From an uncultured bacterium (GTDB taxonomy: Bacteria > JAJVIF01 > JAPKYR01): a DNA stretch of 30,857 bases. The notes below the pieces were generated by a model. It was not told the origin of the DNA, searched no databases, and was given only the letters and a program-made list of their open reading frames with translations. The position numbers and the translations under genes were made by a program. Positions 26,230 through 30,857 of the stretch are shown here, one piece after another (position 1 is the first letter of the stretch; each line of letters begins with the position of its first letter). Location of the stretch: the NCBI GenBank assembly GCA_965369865.1, contig CBDURU010000030.1, positions 1-30,857 of the forward strand, in the 5' to 3' direction.

Positions 26230-28269
26230 CTACTTGAAGAAACCCTCTTTAACAATAGTGTGGCCCGTACCCTTCTCAGCTTCCAATAGGTACTGACGAG
26301 CCACAAAGGGCTGAAGTCTTGATGCCCATTCCGGGGGCAGCTCGGTATCTGTGCACAGCACCACAACTTGCTTCCCCGCATTAGGAAGATACTTGAGAAA
26401 GATCGACTCCCTGTTAACTATGTCAAGTCTCCCCACGGGGGTATCAATAACAATAGGAAGAGAATAGCCCGATGTTTTTGCCAGTGCCCACAAAAGGGCA
26501 TAGGCGTACATCTGTTTCCATCCTGCTGAGAATTGGCGCTTGAACGGATCTCTTCCACTCTTGTCATGCAGTATTATCTCAAAGGTATCTGGGTCAAACT
26601 CTATGTTTCCAACTATGTCGGTTTCTTTAGCAATTTGAGCGTACATTTGCTTGAAGTTGCCTTCTAATTGCTTTATACGGGAGGGTCTGAATTTTTCAAT
26701 GAAATCGTCGAGCACATATAGAACTTTTTCAGCCAAGTCTATTTTGCGCAATGCGTCCGTACGTTTTTCCGTTCTCTGCCGCTGCTTCTCAATCTCCCGG
26801 TTGATGGACGCGAGATCGGACTGCAGTCTCTGACGATTACCTTGTAGTTCTTTCAGCTCTTGATCAAGTTGACCGATTTCCTTCTTGATGCGGCCCATGT
26901 TTTCAACAAGCTCGTCCACCAAGGGCTCGTCAGACATGACATCTAAGTCCTTGGTTATCTCTCGCAGGTGATTATCAATCAGGTTCCGTTGTCTGATGAC
27001 CTCAGAAAGACCCAGCAACTGTCTGCCAGTTTCGTGAAGAGAAGTATGAATGTCTTGTGCCTCTTGGTCCGAGATGTCGTGAATGCGCCTATCCAGGGTT
27101 TCTGAAAGTTCGAAAACATCATCGGAGCATGACCAGTATCTGGCTTTGATCCAATCGCCTTGTCCAGTGCTTAGCTGACAGTGTTCAATTGCGCCCTCAG
27201 AGCCGTCTAACAAGGTATGCTCAAGTCTTGTAAGGCGAGTCTTGAGTTCACGCCTCGATTCATGCGTAGCTCCAAATGCACGCTCCGTTGCAAGCCTTTG
27301 GATCAGGGATTGCTGGAGCAAAGGAGAGAAGGATAGCGGAAGGTGGTCAATCAAAGCCTGGAGTGCCTGCTTATACTCATCCTGCTCACGCTCTAGGCGA
27401 GCCTTTTCAGCGAAAAGCTCATCTCGTTCAGCGGCCTTGGGTGAACCCAGGCGGCTTAACTCCCTTTTATCTCGGAGATACGCCTTGTCTAATTCAGTTC
27501 GCTCGTGTTCTATTTCCCTTTCTCTGGCATCCAGCCTTTTGAGGTCACGCTCGGTGTCATCTCTTTTTCTCAAGTAATCAATCGGGGTGTCCTCCGTGTT
27601 CTCAGCCGCTTCCTTTTCCAATGGGCGGATGACGGACTGCTTGATATCAGACCTTAGCTGCTTGTACAGGTCTATTTGGAGGATAGCCTCCACGGCAGCC
27701 GTGAATTCTTCTTGCTGCTCATCTTCAGCGAATTGCTGTATTCGCTCGCCATCGAAGAGGAAAAAGGACGCAATGTTATGCGGAATTGTATTTGCGAGAA
27801 ACTCCTTGTAGGCAGGTGTATCATCCGTAATCATAACAAGTGGCTTCCCCTCCTCCTCGACTTCGACTTGCCAATTGATCAGTTGGCTGTCTGGGTTAAC
27901 GATTGTCCACCGTCTGATGATGCGCAAGTCACGCGTAAAACCCTTGCCTTTGACAGTTAGCTCAAGCGCAACGTGAAAATCGTCTATCCCTTCGGAGCGC
28001 GCATCACGATTTAGCCGCTCCCAGACGGCACGGATGTAAGAAGGCTTTTTATTGATGTTGGGCAATTCACCTATGTCATATAAAGTATAGTAAATGGCCT
28101 CCATGAGCGTTGTCTTACCGACGTTATTCTGAGCACCGATGAGGACGAGGTTCTTACCTTCCTCAGGGAATGTGCGAAGGTTGAGGCGGTGCGTTCCGTA
28201 GAAGGCTTTAAAATTGCAGACCTCAAGCGCGTTGAACCGGACCTCTTGCCACAATGCCACGTTAATCAC
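26230..28269 (-). CDS. dndD: DNA sulfur modification protein DndD (SMC-like ABC ATPase)
   Basis: NFKAFYG, Walker A GAQNNVGKTT, FFLFDGERIQ, long coiled coil, FSAGWKQ, LPIVIDTPVGRLD, QVVVLCTDTE; GTG start overlaps the dndC stop. Confidence 0.93.
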   Translation of the reverse strand: MINVALWQEVRFNALEVCNFKAFYGTHRLNLRTFPEEGKNLVLIGAQNNVGKTTLMEAIYYTLYDIGELPNINKKPSYIRAVWERLNRDARSEGIDDFHVALELTVKGKGFTRDLRIIRRWTIVNPDSQLINWQVEVEEEGKPLVMITDDTPAYKEFLANTIPHNIASFFLFDGERIQQFAEDEQQEEFTAAVEAILQIDLYKQLRSDIKQSVIRPLEKEAAENTEDTPIDYLRKRDDTERDLKRLDAREREIEHERTELDKAYLRDKRELSRLGSPKAAERDELFAEKARLEREQDEYKQALQALIDHLPLSFSPLLQQSLIQRLATERAFGATHESRRELKTRLTRLEHTLLDGSEGAIEHCQLSTGQGDWIKARYWSCSDDVFELSETLDRRIHDISDQEAQDIHTSLHETGRQLLGLSEVIRQRNLIDNHLREITKDLDVMSDEPLVDELVENMGRIKKEIGQLDQELKELQGNRQRLQSDLASINREIEKQRQRTEKRTDALRKIDLAEKVLYVLDDFIEKFRPSRIKQLEGNFKQMYAQIAKETDIVGNIEFDPDTFEIILHDKSGRDPFKRQFSAGWKQMYAYALLWALAKTSGYSLPIVIDTPVGRLDIVNRESIFLKYLPNAGKQVVVLCTDTELPPEWASRLQPFVARQYLLEAEKGTGHTIVKEGFFK

Positions 28270-29587
28270 CTGCCTCGTTAATGTAGTGCTCGACGATGGT
28301 CCTTAGGTCGTCCGGCAACCCCGTGCGTCTACGCATTGACGCATACTGCTCTTCAGTCTCCAGCAATGTAGATAAGAGCTTGAAAGGGACGTTGTGATGT
28401 TCACAGACGTCGTATAGCAATTTCTCCTCCTCGCTTAGTTGCGCATAAAATTCTGTGGTTGACATTGGCACTGGAACCTCCTCGTAAATTGCGCGCCAAA
28501 TCTGACGCAACAAATAAGGGTGTAGACCGTCTTTGATCCATATGTCTTGAATGGCTGCAAGTTCATCGCCGCCTATTAGATGATATCCAGAAGTAAACTG
28601 AGCTTCAAGTAACCTTTCAAGTATATCTGCTCTGGTTGAATGAGTAAAGGGGCCCGGACCTTCGCGTCCATCCCGTCTTATACCCATGCGCTTCGTTAGG
28701 TCATCACGAATCTGCTTTAGGTAATCCCTAAGTTCTAACAATGGCTCTAAAGTTTCATCTCCGCTGTCTACTAAAGCTTCCATAGATTTGTCTCTATCTA
28801 TAACAGTGCAAGTCCAGCAGCCAAACCTGCTATTCCCACACGGCGGAGTTGATGTATCCAGAACCATTGGGCATTCTCCATCTTGGGAAGCCTGACGATA
28901 TAATGCGACAAGGTTTCTATTGTTTGAACCACAAGGATTTGGCACCTGAAGCAGATAAATCCAAACCTGTTCTGTTGTAAGATTTTCAATTGGAGTATAA
29001 ATCCAAGCTTGTGAAATATCGGGATGTGGACGAAATAACTCACCAGCCATACGGTTTTTATTAAGAGTTTGGGCTCTAGTGGAGCTTTCCTGAAATCTGG
29101 CACCCAATACAACAACTACATCTCCAACATCATCGACTCGCTCCCGAATATAAGCAGATACAGGCCTAATTTTTAGTCTATCGGTACACCAACGAAACCA
29201 CCTGTTGGGGGAAGGATAACCTCTGCCTATTAAGTTAACCCAAAACGAGTCATTTAATTCCGGATAAACCATTGAACAGGTTATAGGCAGGCCATCATTC
29301 CTTGCTGCAATTTCTATTCGTTCAAGCTCAAGCTTTATTTTTCGTTGGATGTATGGAGCTTCTACGCGAGTGTCGCTACACAAGACATATATTGATTTAT
29401 GCCTTTCACTTACAGGAAGTCTTAACAGAGCGTAGTAGATTATTTGCAGTAAAGCTGTGGAATCTTTTCCCCCTGAATAACCTACTATCCACGGACGATT
29501 GTCTGTACGGTAAGCATCACAAATATCATCCATTAAATCTATAATGGAAAATGATTCTTTTTTTTTTGATGTTACTTGTGTGGGCAA
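28262..29587 (-). CDS. dndC: DNA phosphorothioation sulfurtransferase DndC (PAPS-reductase family)
   Basis: RPWIVGYSGGKDST, SDTRVEAP, FWVNLIGRGYPSP..FRWCTDRLKI, ECP...CGNSRFGCWTCTV; directly upstream of dndD. Confidence 0.95.
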   Translation of the reverse strand: MPTQVTSKKKESFSIIDLMDDICDAYRTDNRPWIVGYSGGKDSTALLQIIYYALLRLPVSERHKSIYVLCSDTRVEAPYIQRKIKLELERIEIAARNDGLPITCSMVYPELNDSFWVNLIGRGYPSPNRWFRWCTDRLKIRPVSAYIRERVDDVGDVVVVLGARFQESSTRAQTLNKNRMAGELFRPHPDISQAWIYTPIENLTTEQVWIYLLQVPNPCGSNNRNLVALYRQASQDGECPMVLDTSTPPCGNSRFGCWTCTVIDRDKSMEALVDSGDETLEPLLELRDYLKQIRDDLTKRMGIRRDGREGPGPFTHSTRADILERLLEAQFTSGYHLIGGDELAAIQDIWIKDGLHPYLLRQIWRAIYEEVPVPMSTTEFYAQLSEEEKLLYDVCEHHNVPFKLLSTLLETEEQYASMRRRTGLPDDLRTIVEHYINEAGD

Positions 29588-29667
29588 TGTAAAATGAAAC
29601 TATACATATGTATGAGGAGAAATCAACAGGTTTCCACCGATTCACAGTCTGAAAATGATAGAATCCC

Positions 29668-30618
29668 CTATCTCGGTACGGGTATCTTATCCACGATCCT
29701 CGCTATTACCTCGTCCGGGCGGATGCCTTCGATCTCCGCCTCGGGACGAATCAGCAACCGGTGGCGGAGAGTTGGATATGCAAGCTCCTGTACATCGTCC
29801 GGCACCACGAAATCCCGTCCCCTGCACGCCGCGAGTGTCTTGGACGTTAAGAGCAAAGTGATCGCCGCGCGGGGGCTTGCGCCCAGAAGAAGGTCGTCCT
29901 CATCACGCGATGACCTGGCGATTTCATTAATGTAGTCGAGGATCGATTCGTCCACCTTGATCTTTTTGATCTCCTCCCTTACCGCCATGATCTCTTCCCT
30001 GCCGGCCACAACATCGATCCCTGCTTTATCGAGGTCCTTGATATGGAATCCCATGTGGTAGCGCTTCAGAAGTTCGAGTTCCTCGTACTTATCCGGGTAA
30101 TCGATGATGAGTTTAAAAGTAAAGCGATCGAGCTGTGCTTCGGGGAGCGGGTACGTGCCCTCGTACTCGATCGGGTTCTGGGTCGCCATGACCGTAAATA
30201 TCGGTGACAACGCATGCTCCTCTCCCTCGATCGTCACCCTGCGTTCCTCCATCGCTTCCAGAAGAGCGGCCTGGGTTTTCGGGGGTGTCCGGTTGATCTC
30301 GTCGGCAAGGACAATCTCGGTGAAGATCGGACCTTTTTTTAATCTGAATTCCCCTGACTGGGGTTCGTACACGGTGGTACCGATAACGTCGGACGGCATC
30401 AGGTCGGGTGTGAACTGGATTCGGTTGAAATCCGCGTCAAGGGTCATCGACAACACCCGGGCCATGAGGGTTTTCGCGAGTCCCGGAACGCCCTCCAGGA
30501 GCACATGTCCACCTGTCAGCACCACGACAATGAGATTCTGGAGAACCTCATCCTGCCCGACAACGGCTTTCGCCATTTCGGAAGTTATTTTGTCCATGAA
30601 TTCCCTGGCTGTAGGCAT
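29668..30618 (-). CDS. moxR: MoxR-family AAA+ ATPase
   Basis: GHVLLEGVPGLAKT, RIQFTPDLMPSD, LADEINRTPPKTQAALLEAMEE, ATQNPIEYEGTYPLPEAQLDRF; probable ATG at 30618. Confidence 0.95.
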   Translation of the reverse strand: MPTAREFMDKITSEMAKAVVGQDEVLQNLIVVVLTGGHVLLEGVPGLAKTLMARVLSMTLDADFNRIQFTPDLMPSDVIGTTVYEPQSGEFRLKKGPIFTEIVLADEINRTPPKTQAALLEAMEERRVTIEGEEHALSPIFTVMATQNPIEYEGTYPLPEAQLDRFTFKLIIDYPDKYEELELLKRYHMGFHIKDLDKAGIDVVAGREEIMAVREEIKKIKVDESILDYINEIARSSRDEDDLLLGASPRAAITLLLTSKTLAACRGRDFVVPDDVQELAYPTLRHRLLIRPEAEIEGIRPDEVIARIVDKIPVPR

Positions 30619-30857
30619 GGCAGGATTGTAACATAAAATATTCCCCAATCTTTACAGCGAAACGATCGGGTAATTATTCACAATTCAGCCTCATCTCATT
30701 AAATAACATTCGAATCTGGATCGATGACTTCCACTTATACCTGTCAGAACAATTCTACTTGAAGCTACATTTATCACACGAAACAATCAACACCGGGGAC
30801 AGGCACTAAGATTTACCGGGGTCCATAAAGAAGGACCGACCTCTAACCTAACCGGTA

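Noticed and set aside
26214..26381. N-terminal 56 aa of track ORF 24711..26381
   Set aside because: It overlaps dndD in another frame; the strong RBS supports ATG 26213.

Overview
Bacterial chromosomal window, probably from an uncultured anaerobic lineage (inferred from nfnAB and many unclassified lipoproteins). Housekeeping and metabolic genes: mutS2, a fused nfnA-nfnB (sudB-sudA), dxr-rseP, a MoxR ATPase, MarR and TetR regulators, HDOD, HEAT and TPR proteins, and five lipoproteins, one partial and absent from the ORF track. Three accessory regions stand out. (1) An Rhs/YD polymorphic-toxin remnant (about 12.6-16.1 kb) with a 26-cysteine C-terminal domain, a putative exported immunity gene and an orphan core fragment, bracketed by a REP-containing direct repeat and next to a nucleotidyltransferase/small-protein pair. 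(2) A non-coding tandem array of three approximately 213-bp units (23.37-23.90 kb), each with a sigma70-like promoter, an invariant anti-Shine-Dalgarno motif and a GC hairpin with compensatory changes. This is the best candidate for an undescribed system, a sibling-sRNA cluster. (3) A minimal DNA phosphorothioation island, dndC-dndD-dndE/ATPase fusion (DndEi-like), with no dndA, dndB or restriction module. A dispersed 74-bp hairpin repeat occurs four times. All calls come from reading motifs by eye; no searches were run.
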